From Entomortierella parvispora E1425 (taxonomy: Eukaryota > Fungi > Mortierellomycota): a stretch of 64,000 nt of DNA. Every line of letters starts with the position of its first letter. Positions within the stretch are counted from its first letter, which is position 1. Below are positions 33,937 to 47,111 of this stretch, in pieces. The DNA is taken from positions 1 to 64,000 of the forward strand of contig BQFW01000009.1 of NCBI GenBank assembly GCA_020891255.1. Reading direction: 5' to 3'. A program made the translations under genes and the position numbers. The notes below the pieces were generated by a model. It was given only the letters and a program-made list of their open reading frames with translations. It made no database searches and was not told where the DNA came from.

Positions 33937-36876
33937 AATGTGCTTTGCACCTGAAAAATAATAAACTTGCAGATATCGTCATGATGATTTTTTATTGTGC
34001 CAGCAGCAGCAAAGTGCGCCTCCAAGCTACTTCCTTGGATGGACATGTGCAACCTGACGTAGGCACGCGGAGATCGTTGCCACACCAGGTGGAGTAACGT
34101 CTTCCTCCAAGCCCCTTCGTCCTGTTACGCTTTGGAAAGGACTGGATTCAAGCGCGTCAAAACATGAGGACGCACATTTTTTTTTCTTTGGTAGAGCTCC
34201 GCGCACCAGTTCCTGTGCAGTCAGCAGGAATTTGTTTCCAACAAGCGGGTCTCCACTGACCGTGAAAGAATGCTGAGAATCCACCTCTATAGCCTCTTCT
34301 TGCGAGCTCACCCATCAGTCGCATCCTTACATGTATTTGTGCTGATTGCCCCTGTGATCAGGGGATTAAGAATCGCACGACGAAGACTATTAGATTCTTA
34401 CCAGGCAAGAAGGATGAACGTCAAGAGCAGATCAACGCAACATAGGATCATGCACCTTTCCTCTCCTGTTTTTCCTTACCTGTGGCACACGCATGCCCCA
34501 AGATGAAATGGTCTTGATTCAGAAAGTGGTGCTCCATTAGAGAAAGCCGAGGAGAGGATAAAATAAAGGTACATTTGGGTTAGGCAGCCCATCAACAGCA
34601 GAGATGGGTTTCACATGAAAGGCGGTACATCAACAACCAAGACTGTAAACCAAAGATAAGCGGCCGAACATGGTTGAAATCGATGGGTATGTAGAATAAA
34701 AAATGGTCGCACAACCCGCACATTGACCCACACTTGGACTCGCACTATGGCACGCACTGTACCTTAATTGCAGACGTGAGCGAGTGTTGCCGATCAATGC
34801 ATGCTGTTGATGGCGATTGCTCCTGCAACATTCTCCAGCCGATGATGTTGGTTTGGTTCCAGCTGGAAAGAAGTGCATCCTTTTCGTGTTTTCATTGGTT
34901 GTTGACATGCTCTGTATTGACTCGCTCTTTGTCCATTTGCTTTAGAGAGGCGCTTGTCTTTGGTGGTCTTTGCTTCACGTTCAGAGAGAAAAAAAAAGCT
35001 CTTAGTTTGAACGATGGGCACAGGTTGTCTCCGGTATCTATTTTTCAATTCACTTATAAAAGTGCCTTCATGTCGGCACAGACTCTCTGGATTCAATCGC
35101 TCCTTCAGACACATCGGCGAGGCTGTTGTGATCATAGTCTCCATCGAAATCATGTAGCAGCATGGCCATGGTACTATCAAATATAAGTGGGAGGTGGATG
35201 ATTGAGTAACAGTTCCTGGATATCATATTTTTGCTTCCTGCAGCTGGTCCGGATATTGCCGATGGCCGTCCTCATCATTGCTGACTCCAAGCTTTGCCAA
35301 AGATCTTGAATTGCTGTCTTATCGAAGGTCTAGAGCTTACATGCTCAACTTACGTCGAACCGAACCATCCCAAACTGTATGTCGTCGTCCATTTCTTGAG
35401 CGCTGAGGGGAGACAGGAAAGCAATCTAGAGATGGTGGAGCAAGCGCCAACGTTGATGGTGGCAGTTCTTCCACTTTGAAAGCGCCTCCTACCTTTTTTC
35501 CATTCCTACTCCGCCTTTCTTCGGTCGAACTATTGAAGTTGCTTCCGCCTCATATGTGAAATGAATGGACCCGGGATGCAAGGAGTGATTCATGAAAGAC
35601 AAGGAAATATCGAAACCAAACGAGAGGTGATCCTTGCAGACATCCTGTCATGTAATTACTCCATCAGATTCTCCTCGGATTGCCCCAATTGTTGAACTAG
35701 GACGAGAAACCCACGTTCATTAATTGCTCCTGTTTTACCAACACGCCTCTCCTGCTGGGGGTGCGTCTGGTTGAGATGATTCCGTTTGATTGACGAAAGC
35801 CAGCCACATTTCCTCTGAAAACAGCAACTCAAGCATCCTGTCGGTCGTTGGTGATGGTAGCGATTCCTCGAACCGGATGAAGAGGAGAAGGAGATGAGGA
35901 AAAAGGAAATGCTGCCACGCGATTTCGACACGAGCACCACGCGGCCGAGATGCTGCCAAGCCACCAGGGACCATGGGCGTTTTTTTTTTGTCTTTTTTGC
36001 ATTTCGTTCTCCCCACTGCAAATCCACCCTCCTGCCTCCTCTCATCCTGCCCTCTTACTCGTTTTCTTTCCTGTCTGCCATAGCTTTGAGCCCTTCTCCC
36101 AACTTGAATCTGCATTGATGTTGTCCCTTCCTCAATTGTACGGCAACCCGTCGGACATCTGAGGGCTTCATGTCAGGACCATTCGAAGGAAGCAAGTCTT
36201 TAATAAATGTCCACAGAATGACCCGCCGGTCTATCTGCACGTAGTGAAGATACCTCCTCTTGATAAAAGGCTGGTGTAGGTAACCTACTCCGACAGAGAG
36301 GGTCATGCTGAGGAAGTAGGCAGAAAAACATAAAACTCAACTTCTCCGTTTTCTTTAGAGAAAGACTGGCGAAGGGCGAGCAGGACTCTGTCTGACATGG
36401 ATCTCAGGAAGACTGCTATCAGAGAAGCATGGATTCTTTAGAAGCAGGCATCAACAACTACATCTGAACAGAAATGTGTAGGAACTTGGACTTTGAGCCC
36501 GGCGTGAGGAAAAAAGCGTTTTGGTCTTCATCTCTTCAGCATCTTTGCATTCCTTCGGTTTTCGTTTCTCTGTGCCCCCCCCCCCCCCCCTCCCCCCCAC
36601 TTCCTCAATTGCACCAGCCCTACGACGAAGACCTGGGTCAAAGACTCTATGAGAGGAAATCATAAACAAGCTTGTTTTATTGCCACTCTTAATCACGATA
36701 AACAAGGGTGATTTTCTCCGAGTATGGTGAAGTTTTATATGAAGAATTGAAAAATTTGTAGTTTCGTTGTAGAAGGCTGATAGAAATACAGAAGATGACA
36801 ACTATATGCGTTTTTAGAGGGGTATATGAAACTCGCCCACCGCCGAAAGAAAAAGGTCAGAACTATCCTTTTCCCT

Positions 36877-38203
36877 TTAAGCCCACTTTCCAACAACAGC
36901 CATCGCAGCAGCTCCCAGCCACAAGGCAACGAACTGTGTGACCTGGTCTTTAGTGGACATGTCTCTGAAATTCTTGTTACCATTCATCTCCGAGGCAATC
37001 AATTGCACCAAGGCCGTGTACAACAAGATGCCCGCGGAGCAGGAATCAAATGTTCCCTGAACGATCAAAGCTGTGACAGAACCACCGTTGTAGGATTCAC
37101 GAATACCGATTCCGAGGGCGACACCCAAGGGGGTCGAGAATGTAAACCACATGGCCAAAAGCCAAGGCATCACTTCGCGGGGAGAGAACTTGAGCGCGGC
37201 AATTCGACCACCAAGAGCGACACCCTCAAAGAACTGGTGGAAGATCAAGGCAATGACCAAGGAGATAAATGCGGAGCCGACGGTTGTAGCGAGGGAGATA
37301 CCAATAATGACAGAGTGCATGGCAATACCAAGCTCGAGAATGTAGGTTGCAATCACCCGCGACGGACGATCGGAATCAGTCTTGGATACAACGACAACGT
37401 CCTCGTCCAGGGAAGCCATGCCGGATTCCATGACCTTTTCGTTAGCGGCAGTCTGCTTGCGAGTAGCCTCTTCACCAAGAGAATCTCGCCACCGTGAACA
37501 TGTCCGACATGCAAACAGTTATCATCAGGCACGGTGTTAGGCTTATGGCGCTCCTCCTCCAAACTCCCACTGTCACCCTTATTATCATGATGATCTCCGT
37601 GAGAGTGTCCTTGACCAAACCTGGCGTTTCTTTCCTCTGCCACCTCACGTTCACGGTTGTAGACACGTTGGGTAGCACAGAATTCCAACAGGTGCAAGAA
37701 TAGAGCGGCCGTCATGGCAATGAAGCCAGGCCAATTGTTCGAGTAGCCCGCATCTTGAAACTCCCATGGCAGAGAAGGGTCAGTGAGGGCTTGGAAGGCA
37801 TCGGGCAACATGTGGATGAAGGCAGTAGCGAGGATGACACCGGAACCGAAGGTGCGGGCGATTGAAATGACATAGGCGATGCGTTTGGTGGTCTCTTCTT
37901 TGAAGTTGGTCAGACTGAAGAGGAGAGGGAGGAGGACTGAGATAGAGCGAGAATAGAAGAGATAAGTGTCAGAGAGGGGAGAGAATCGATAAAGATAAAA
38001 GAGAGGGGACAGGGGAGAGAACAGAGAGGACGTTAGACTAGGAGGCACAGAGGAGGTCATGGTTTAGTCGAATATGAAAAGGTCAGGTCGAGTAACATAC
38101 CTCCGGCTCCAGAAGCAGCCATGTTGATGAACAAGGCACCGATGTGCATTGGCATATCATATTGCGCATTAAAGTCGCTTGTGGAGGTGGCATTGGAAGA
38201 CAT
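36877..38203 (-). CDS. ZIP-family Zn/Fe transporter, join(38203..38101,37936..36877), with an apparent 1-bp frameshift at ~37480
   Basis: TFGSGVILATAFIHMLP, His-rich loop, LELGIAMHSVIIG and FHQFFEGVALG signatures. TATAAAA ~170 bp upstream. The reading frame shifts near GGCGAGATTCTCTTGGT. Confidence 0.88.
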
Positions 38204-38745
38204 GATGACGAGGACGATGACAAGGAAAGAGAGCTAAAACGTTTATATTGAAGGTGTGGAGTGATGCCCTATGGGTCCTTTTTTTGATTGCAGAGTGACA
38301 AAAGCAATAAAGAAGGGGTGGGGAGGGAGGGAGGACCTTGGTGGGGATGTAAACAAAGGGGATTCCGTCTCTTTTTATACTTGTGGGCAATAAGGTACTC
38401 TTTATTTTATTTTGCGCTCCGATTTTGCGGCCAACAGGATGTGTGAAAGAGCGAACAGACCAATGCGAACAAAAAGACCCCTTCTATTGTGAGCAACGGA
38501 CGGAACCCGCAACGGACCGCCCTAGAGTCCGTTGACTTGCATTCCATTTTGAAAGTTCTAAGGAAGTCATGTACAGAGTCGTGCGCTTGTGGAGATTCAC
38601 TGATCTTTATTCCGGAGATTTACAAAACGTGCAAGGCAAGATGTGGTGTAACGACGGGGGAATGCAGAAAGGGTTGTCTCAACTCTCAAGCACTCGAGAT
38701 CATGACCAGAGTATTTGTCAACGCGACAGTTTTTTGCCCCGAATG

Positions 38746-39671
38746 CATCACACATCCGTCCTTGCTGGGTGAGCTGATTCTGAGTTAAGCAGCGGTACCT
38801 TAATCATCAAAGGGGGGGATGGAGGTACGTTTGGGTGTTCGGTAGCAGCGATCCAGTAGAGGGAACCTGCGGAAGGTGGATGAGTGCTGGGGCCATGTCT
38901 GCCTTGCAACCTTGCCCTTTCGCGGCCAGAAGACTATTCCACCAAATGTGCCAGCATTGCTCCACCAAGGTGCCTTGTGGACTTGAGTTGAGCTTTTGAC
39001 TGCCGGGATCCTTTTTGGTGTGATCCGTCCTATTCCAAAAAAAAATCTGTCAAGCCGAGCCGCTGCATGTCGGTGCATGTCGTTGCATCTCGACTTCATC
39101 CCAGTCCCTCCGTTCAAGCTGATTCTAAAACCCACTTGTGGATCGTGGTCCTTAGGCGTGGGGTGGACTTTGTTACCGCTATTCCATTCTGGAACCCTGC
39201 GTCAAGTTGAACTGCTCGATCCCCTCCAATTCGTTCCAGGACTAGGGAGGGAGCCTCTTGCAACTCGCCCTCCTGTGGGTCTTGAGTCGAGGAGGCGAGT
39301 AGTGACCCTGTTGCTACCTGCGTCCTATTCCGCCAAGCTCTTTGCATGTCGCTTCCTGTCAACTTCCTGTTCCTGGGGTTGGCCCACTGTTAATTGGGCC
39401 TGTTGCAGGCGTGTGATGTATCCGAGATGAGCCCAATGTTGAATAGGATAGAAGTCGAATGGAATAAAAGTCGTTGCCAGTCGACATATTATTACTGAAT
39501 GCGAGGCCGATTCTGGATACCCATCCCGGATCGAATCTCAAATCTCGAATATTTGAGGACAGCTGCTGCAGTGGACTCAAGCTACACGGCGTGAAAGCCA
39601 TATTATTTGCATGCGCTAGAGCCAATCTGTAGAAAAGACCGCTGTGGGAGACCCTGGATGCAAGGTGTGAA
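38746..39671 (+). repeat. ~1-kb dispersed duplication, copy 2 (of 13780-14810)
   Basis: Colinear match to copy 1, with a deletion and an insertion relative to it. Confidence 0.92.
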
Positions 39672-39710
39672 ACCCAAATTTTATTCACATTTCCCTCCTT
39701 CAGTCTCTTG

Positions 39711-40068
39711 CCTGCCCTCCTTTGCCTTCTGGCTTCCTTTGGTGCATAGCCAAACGAAGGGCCTCAGATCTGCTCTGCTTGGGTTAGTTTTCGTGGTCTT
39801 TGCCCGCCCTATGGCACTCTCTTCATTGGAGACTTCTATTTGGCCGCCACTGATCCTGTTGTGAGTGCATTTGCACTTCGCAGTTGCGACTGGTATTGAA
39901 GGAATGTTTTTTGTTCTTGCCCTGCCTGCCCTCCTTTGCCTTCTGACTTCCTTTGGTTCATAACCAAATGAAGGGCCTCAGATCTGCTCTGCTTGGGTCA
40001 GTTTTCGCGGTATTTTCCCGCCCTACAGCACTCTCTTTATTGGAGACTCCTGTTTGGCCGCCACTGAT
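39711..40068 (+). repeat. Local ~145-bp direct duplication (39711-39854 and 39925-40068)
   Basis: Both copies contain GAAGGGCCTCAGATCTGCTCTGCTTGGGT and TTTGGCCGCCACTGAT. Confidence 0.9.
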
Positions 40069-40879
40069 TGCGACTGGCCATGGGAGAACACGCGTCTGCC
40101 TCAATGCAGGTGTTTTTTTTACTCTGCTCGTTATTTCTTTTCTTCTTTGGAACCAATCTAAGCCATTTATTTGTGTTATTGTTATAGCGATTGAACCTCC
40201 CACCCCAGGAAACTGGCGCGATGAAATAAACGAATGAAGGAAGGGTGAAGGGAACTTTTTCTTATTGGCAGGATGACTGCAATTGAAGCCAGTTGACTAC
40301 CTGAAATAGCGGGCGCTTGAGTAGGATCAGTCCATAACGAGGTTTCTTGGAATGAACCGGATGTTTGTTTCTGTTTCCAGATGTCTGTTGGGCAGGTTTA
40401 AGCAGTTTGGGTTCCTCGTGCTGAACCAAACGTGCCTGCGCCTTGTAATACAAGGAAATGCCCCTGCCTGGACCTCTGAGCTTCGTGGATTCATAGGTCG
40501 ACGATCTGTGGTAAGGACATGCAGTTACAGACCTAGATGTAGGAGATGTGAGGTACCTCCTGTTTCAAGACCATTCGGTTGCTGATGTCCAGCTAACCCT
40601 GCTATAGTCAGGCGAGGCATCCATGCAATGGCTCAGTTCCTAATAATGGGCAGCAGAGGTCCAAGACTAGGGTCTGATTGCTCCTACCACCGGCCTGGAT
40701 CTTTGACGCTGAAATAAAAAAAACCCTCCGCCTCTGAATAGCGGTCCCGTAGTCGTATGAATAACCTACTCATTTGACATTGGAGTCTTTGCTCTCTTCT
40801 TGATAGCCTGCTGCACCGTCTCGAGGGCTCTACCATATCCTTCAGAGCTGTAAACACGAGCACCTTCATAATGTGATCG

Positions 40880-41670
40880 TCGCTGTAAAGACTGGAGTAG
40901 ATACATATACCTTTATGACTGATATATGGATGATCCAGCGATACAACCATATCCCCCAAAGTTGGGGAGGAGTCTTCCGCCGAAGTTACAGTCCTTGTCC
41001 TTGAATGAAGCCCCGACACAGATCCAGAGTCGGGAGCTGGTATAGAATGACTATCTCTCCAAGCCCAAGGCCAAAGTATAATGCCTACTGAAAGCTGGGC
41101 CCATCCGATCATGAGGTGGAATGATCCTCCTAGAGAGGGTTGCTGAAACGTTGGCGAGAAGTCGAGATTTGCAGCAGGTGCTCCATCGTCCTGTCGCACC
41201 CTTTTGTTTTATCCGTATCCTCCACGGATGCAGGAAGCACTGAGGGACTGTAATAAAGAGCCAAAGGTTAGTGGCAGTCGAAGACTCGCGTGCAGTAGTT
41301 TGTAGTTCAGATAATGAAGAGGAGAGCTGTCAAGTAGAGCTACCATGGTGCGACAGGAGCGACTGATCTTTGCTCCCATGATGCACCATGGATGCATTGC
41401 TGCATCTTTTGTGTTGCAGATCAGGTTGAGGTCATGACGAGAATGAGTAGACTGTGATGATGGCCAAGAGAAAGAGAGGGGCTGGCGATGCAAGAGACGA
41501 GTCGAACGGAAGCAATGCGACGAAAGAGGGATGCAGCAGGAACGAAGGGAACGAAGGGAAGGAAGGAAGGAAGGAAGGAAGGAAGACAAGAGAGAGGACG
41601 CGCCCCTGCATCCGATCCTGATCGCACCCTTCCTTCCGTCCGTCTTGATCGCAAGTGCTACGTTTCCACA
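40880..41670 (+). repeat. Dispersed GATGCA/(GGAA)n module (other copies ~53521-54030 on +, and ~61640-62420 inverted)
   Basis: Shared GGATGCAGGAAGCACTGAGGGACT, CAAAGGTTAGTGG and TTGCAGATCAGGTTGAGGTCATGACGAGAATGAGT blocks, plus a (GGAA)n tract. Confidence 0.88.
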
Positions 41671-42205
41671 GCACCTTCTTGATCGTTGACCCACTGCAGG
41701 ATCAAAAAAAGACAAAGATTCTGCGCCTTCCTCGACCGTTCCGTTGACAGGGGCCATTGACGCGTTGTCTTTGGAGTCCACTATGTCAGACTCTTTGACG
41801 AACTGAAAGGAACATGGGTTCCCAAGGAACATTGAAGGGCCATTGGGTGAATAGTATGGCGCCTGGGGGTGCCTGGAGGCTGGGGGATATGCACATGCAT
41901 GGTCATCTCCATTCTCTTCATGTCCTGCCAAGCAACATTCCCTCAGGAGACTCCTCCTCCGCGCCACACCATGACTTAAATGAGGTAGTGCCACCTCATC
42001 ATTCGCGGCTCTGCCTACGCCCTTTATTCTAGCTAACGTCCTTTATGATTGCATTGACCTGGCGTCTCCACAATGATCGAGCCTGCGCTCATTCCTTCTC
42101 TCAACAACCGAAGCATGAGGAAAACCTAGAGTATCACAGCAACCTTGTAAATTGTAGATAATAAAAAAGAGTCGTTTTATTAACGAGCCCTCTCAGCCAG
42201 AGTTT

Positions 42206-43186
42206 CTATGGACGCGTGTACATGTATCCTGACTGGGCCAGCTCAATAGCACGCTTGGTGGCCTCGTCCAGATCCTCCTTTGGCAGCCCGAGAAGGTCAT
42301 TGTTGAGCTTGGCCTCATAGTCTCCACAACCCTCTGGGTAGAACATGCGAGCGTACAACAGCTTTCCAAAGCCCGCGCGGTTACCAGACGCAAACTCCTT
42401 CTGTCCTTCGGCATAGCGCTGCTTGGGATCTTCGTAGCTGATCGTCCAGTCTTTCTCAGTCGTACCCGTGACGCGCAAGAGAGAGGCAAACATGTCCTTT
42501 TGACTGACAAAGAAGCTCGAAATGTACGCTGACTTGTTCTTGAACTGCTGCAACGTCAAGCTCTTGTCATTCTCGTTCTCTGGCTGTATGGGAAGGCTGA
42601 ACAAGGCGGAAACGGCGCGTCCACATTGGTTCCAAGTCGAGGTGTTGATCTTGACAGTGCCGTCTCCGTAAAAAGTAGCCTGACGCTTCTCTGCGTCAAA
42701 GCCAAACATGACGGGAGAAGAGCACAGACTGTGCTCGTACCAAAAGTTGCAAGTGAGAACAAGGCGGTTGAAACAACCCTTGGCATCAATGTAGTTGCGC
42801 ACCTTCTCCTGGCCTGCTCCGAGGTAAGTGTCGCGTTGGTACTCCTTCTGATCATTATCCGAACCCCACTCGTTGGGCATGATCCAAGGGATGCCAGCAG
42901 CGGCAGCGGCGTCAATGATTTGCGTCTGGGTCTCTGGTGGGGCCGTGACAGACATAGTGATGATGAGGGCATCGTGTCCTTTGAGGGCTTCGATGAGGGT
43001 CTCTTGTTTGGAGTAGTCGACCTTGGCAATGGCCACGCCAGCGATGGGGACGTTTGCAGAGTCGTGACGGGTGATGGCGGTCACGCTGTGTTTACCGGTC
43101 GCGAGCAAGGAAGCGGTAAGGTGCTTGCCGAGGTTACCGCCTGCACCGACGATGGCGACTTTCTCAATATAGTTGTTTCGGGTCAT
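42206..43186 (-). CDS. NmrA/isoflavone-reductase-like NAD(P)-binding oxidoreductase, 326 aa
   Basis: VAIVGAGGNLG Rossmann motif and WIMPNEWG motif; intact single exon with an upstream TATA-like element. Confidence 0.92.
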   Translation of the reverse strand: MTRNNYIEKVAIVGAGGNLGKHLTASLLATGKHSVTAITRHDSANVPIAGVAIAKVDYSKQETLIEALKGHDALIITMSVTAPPETQTQIIDAAAAAGIPWIMPNEWGSDNDQKEYQRDTYLGAGQEKVRNYIDAKGCFNRLVLTCNFWYEHSLCSSPVMFGFDAEKRQATFYGDGTVKINTSTWNQCGRAVSALFSLPIQPENENDKSLTLQQFKNKSAYISSFFVSQKDMFASLLRVTGTTEKDWTISYEDPKQRYAEGQKEFASGNRAGFGKLLYARMFYPEGCGDYEAKLNNDLLGLPKEDLDEATKRAIELAQSGYMYTRP

Positions 43187-43504
43187 TGTTGAGCGTAGTA
43201 AAGTTACAGAGTGGGAGAGAGTAAAGATTGAAGGGGAGAGAAGCAGGAGTGGAGAAGAACGTCTGGAAAAAAAGCCCGTTTGCCTTTGTGTTTTATACGA
43301 CGCTTATCCCCCCTAGCCCACGCACGGTCGTCATGATTTGCGCAGCCAGTTGTCTTCCGTTTATGGCTATTTCTTGGCCAGAAGCATTCGTCCCCTGAGA
43401 TGTTGGGATCGTCAAGATGTTCCGCAGCAATTCAAAAGAGCGCAGCCAAGAATTAGGATATACCAAACAGCCAAAACCTTTGACCGAGAATAAAATCAAG
43501 GCGT

Positions 43505-45040
43505 ATGGAAAGAGAGATATGGAAAGAGAGAAAGTGGCCGATCACGGATGATGCGACAAGGATGAAGAGACTCCACAAGGCTGCGGACAAAGATGTCTTA
43601 GGAGAATACCAAGGAAAGCGCGTGCTGAATGTCATGGAAAGAACAGGGGGAGTTAAGTACTTCTTGGAAAAGGATCTAAGAAACTAGTGACGAACGAGCA
43701 TGAGAGGCCACAGAGGGGACTGGGCCTGGCCTTGCTGTAGCAAGCCAGAAGCTCCCGCTCTTTGGTCGCGAAGAACGCCAACAAATCATGACAGCACAGC
43801 AATTACGGCTAGGCACCGCATCACAGCAGGCGGGCAAGCTGGATACACAGAGACAGCTTGGCGCCATAGCCCAACAAGAACTCAACGAATTGCGTGCCTA
43901 CAAGCGTCAGGCGGCAAAGGATCTGCAACGGGCGAAGGCGGGAATGGAGAATGCTTTCCAACGCCAGGCACAGCTCCATGCTGCTGCACTGGAGGCCGTC
44001 GCAGCAGAGAGCCGGGTACTCAGAGCACAGTTCGCACAGTTCGTTGCCACCCACTCATCTACACCACCCCAAGGCCAGGTCCTCGTTCCGAGCACCCAGC
44101 TTCCCCCAATCCCCTCCCAGGCCAGTGCGGATCTTGGTACCCCACAGACGGCCACCCCGAAATCGTTTGTTTTCCCATCTGTTATCACACACACGTCGGC
44201 ATCACAGTCGTCTGGCTTCTTGACCACCCCAGAATGGCCTAACAGTAACCCATATAACTATCCAGACAGCACCCCCACCCCTTGGCCCGACAGCAACCAA
44301 TCCGGTTACCCAGACAGCACCCCTACTACTTCTTCCAATGTCTAGCGCACCCACATCACCCTCGGCCTCACCCTCAGCCTTACCCTCTACTGCACCTTCA
44401 CCTTTGCCACACTACAGTATATCACTGATATCCTCATCCCACGCAACACTCTTACCCTCGGCTCCATCAATGTCCAAGGGGGTCTATCCTCATGATTTTT
44501 TTAATTCGCAGTGTGAGCTGGCTGCTCTTCATGACATTGGCATTTTTGGCGTCCAGGAGAAAAACGCCCCTTCGAACAGAACCAATTCTTTATTTTTTCG
44601 CGACCCTTACTCACTACGATTTCGTGCTCTGTGGAGCTGTTCGCCCACAAAGCCGAGAGTCAGTGGGGTAGGCCTTTTCATTCACGACCCTTGGTACACA
44701 TACCTGATAGACACTGTTACTGAAGAACACGCACGGCCGCGCAATTGCGGCTCGGTTTGGCTTCAAGTCAGCAGCACCTTTTGCTATTATCAATTGATAC
44801 CTTTCTGGCACTGGCAGCGCCCACCACGACACATATGCCCCCACGGTCGATTGGCTCCAAACGCAAATCGACAATTTCACTATGGCAGGGTGCCATGTCA
44901 TCCTCTTGGGGGATTTCAATGGAGTCGTCAAATCCTCTATTGACCGCGCAGCGGACCAGCACACATCCACGATGCCAGAGCTACCATTCTTCTCCTGGCT
45001 CGATAACAACTCCTTCATGGACACATACCGTTGGTAGTAG
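43505..45040 (+). mobile_element. 5' part of a decayed LINE: coiled-coil ORF1 and AP-endonuclease start of ORF2
   Basis: ORF1-like coiled coil 43788-44345 overlaps the ATG at 44338. APE motifs LGSINVQG, DIGIFGVQE, SGVGL, ILLGDFNG and FMDTYR are broken by stops and frameshifts. No RT follows. Confidence 0.75.
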
Positions 45041-45979
45041 TTTTGTAGTTCCTCGCCGTATTCAAACGAGAAGGTCCTCGCCTGTTGTTCACGTTATCGT
45101 CAAGAGCACTGCCAAGCCTTGATTCTCCAAGACGTGTCATCCAATTGGCATGGTTGTTTGCCTCGTCAACTAGAAGGGGAAGCGGCCTCTATGTGGTTTT
45201 TGTAAAGGTGCCTTCGCTTATCTTCACAGCGGTGTCGGGCGACATCCAGAGACGAACAGACACCGTTTCATTTCACTTCAATAAAGAATTTAGAATATAA
45301 TAAACCTTACTCGTCGCAAAGTATGCCCACTCGTCTAGCAGACGTGTATGGACGAGTCGACTAATTTGTTGACTGTTGTTGACTACTGGATCTTAAGTGA
45401 CAGTTGCGTGAGAAGAGAAAGAGCTCAAGAAATGGCGTTGGGAATATCTGGCTTGTCATGAGAACTATAACTCAAGGCGGTGTTATTGTGCTGCTGCATG
45501 AAGCGAAGGGTAGGAAAGGAGCAGGGGGTGTCCACGCACATGCTTCTTCCATTTCGGATCGCATTTCCGAAAGATTAGCTTTTGATGCAAATAAGTCGAC
45601 TCTTTCAGTCAGGGAAGTGTCTATTTGTCGTCTGGATTTCTGTACATGTGCATCGCAAAATACCTCGTTTGGGGAAGTGTACTGCATTTGAAAGTGTCTA
45701 TTTGTGATCCTATCTGACAGTTCCTTCCTTGTCGTCCAATGCTCTTATTTGTCTTCTCTTATTTGTCGTTTGGATTTCTGCACCGCGCCCTGGTCATGCA
45801 CCGCGCCCTGGTCATGCACCGCGCGCCCTGGCCATCCACTGCAAAATGCCTCGATTTGGGAAGTATATGTATGATCATGGATCAATTATCGACTGAGTTT
45901 GGTCATAAGACCACTCCTGGGAACGCCTTTCATCTCTCTCAGAAGTTCCATGTGACCGTCGGTCAATATCGTTTTATCC

Positions 45980-47111
45980 GGAAGTGTCTATTTGTCGTCC
46001 GATCCGACAATTTTTATTTGTCGGCTCATTGAATTGCTTGTCGTCCGATTCTGTTATTTGTCGTCCGATGTGGGCTCACTGTCGTCCGATTACTTACCTT
46101 AACTTCCTCTTCCCATTTTCGCAACCTCCACACTCAACTTCCTTACATCTATTTTTTTGGCTGCTAGGCGCCTAGATGAGACCATCCTGCATTCATTTTT
46201 CATATTAAAAACATGCCCCCTCCCCCCCAGCCCTTCTCTAACACAACCTAGCTAGAGGCAATTTTCCTCTGTCTTCCCGTTTACTTGCCTGTCTGCCTCC
46301 CTCTGACTACCCGTCTACTTGTCTGTCTGTCTATCTGCCAAAGGTGAAGAGCGAGTGTCAAGGCATTAAAGAAGAAAAGAATAGAAAAAAAAATTGGAGA
46401 TCTCCATCTTCCTTTAGACATGTCCCACTCTTCACGTCCCACTCTTCGCTTCACATGCTATAGCAGATACTCCCGAGACACTGTGCGTGCAGTTTGGTAT
46501 TGGTGCCTGAGATATTTGGTGCCCAATTTCTTTAATCGTCGCATGCCATCTTTTCTTCGAAGATAAAAATCTTCGTGCTTCGTTCTTAAACAACGACCTC
46601 TTGTCCTATAGATGTCGCCCTTTGTCGAGGATGGGAGTATATCGATCTTTCCAACGATAAACGAAATGTTACTGAGAGTTATTATCATTGAACCCAAGTC
46701 GACTCCACAGGAACATCAAAAACATGATGTGGCCATTTTGCCATTTTGCAAAAAGAAAAAGCGTCTTGTTTTTACTTCATTGATCGAGACCTTTTCAACC
46801 ACATATGACAGAACTCACCTGAATATGTGTGGAACATGAGTGTGTGAGATTGTACCACCAAAAAAAAAAAAAAAAAAAAAAAGTCGTGTTGGATGGACAA
46901 AGATCAAGCCGGACGAGCTTCGCCAACGCAAAGTTGAGAGGAGGGTTGCGAAAATGGGAAGAGGAAGTTAAGGTAAGTAATCGGACGACAGTGAGCCCAC
47001 ATCGGACGACAAATAACGAAATCGGACGACAAATAACAGAATCGGACGACAAGCAATTCAATGAGCCGACAAATAAAAGAGTGTCGGATTGGACGACAAA
47101 TAGACATTTCC
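45980..47111. mobile_element. Non-autonomous MULE-like element (1132 bp) with ~150-170-bp TIRs and a 10-bp TSD
   Basis: Ends GGAAGTGTCTATTTGTCGTCC / GGACGACAAATAGACATTTCC. TSD CGTTTTATCC at 45970-45979 and 47112-47121. TIRs are built from repeated TTGTCGTCCGAT motifs. Confidence 0.88.

Noticed and set aside
38489-38788. Cys-rich 99-aa ORF
   Set aside because: Non-ATG start, runs into a dispersed repeat, no signal peptide or recognisable Cys spacing.
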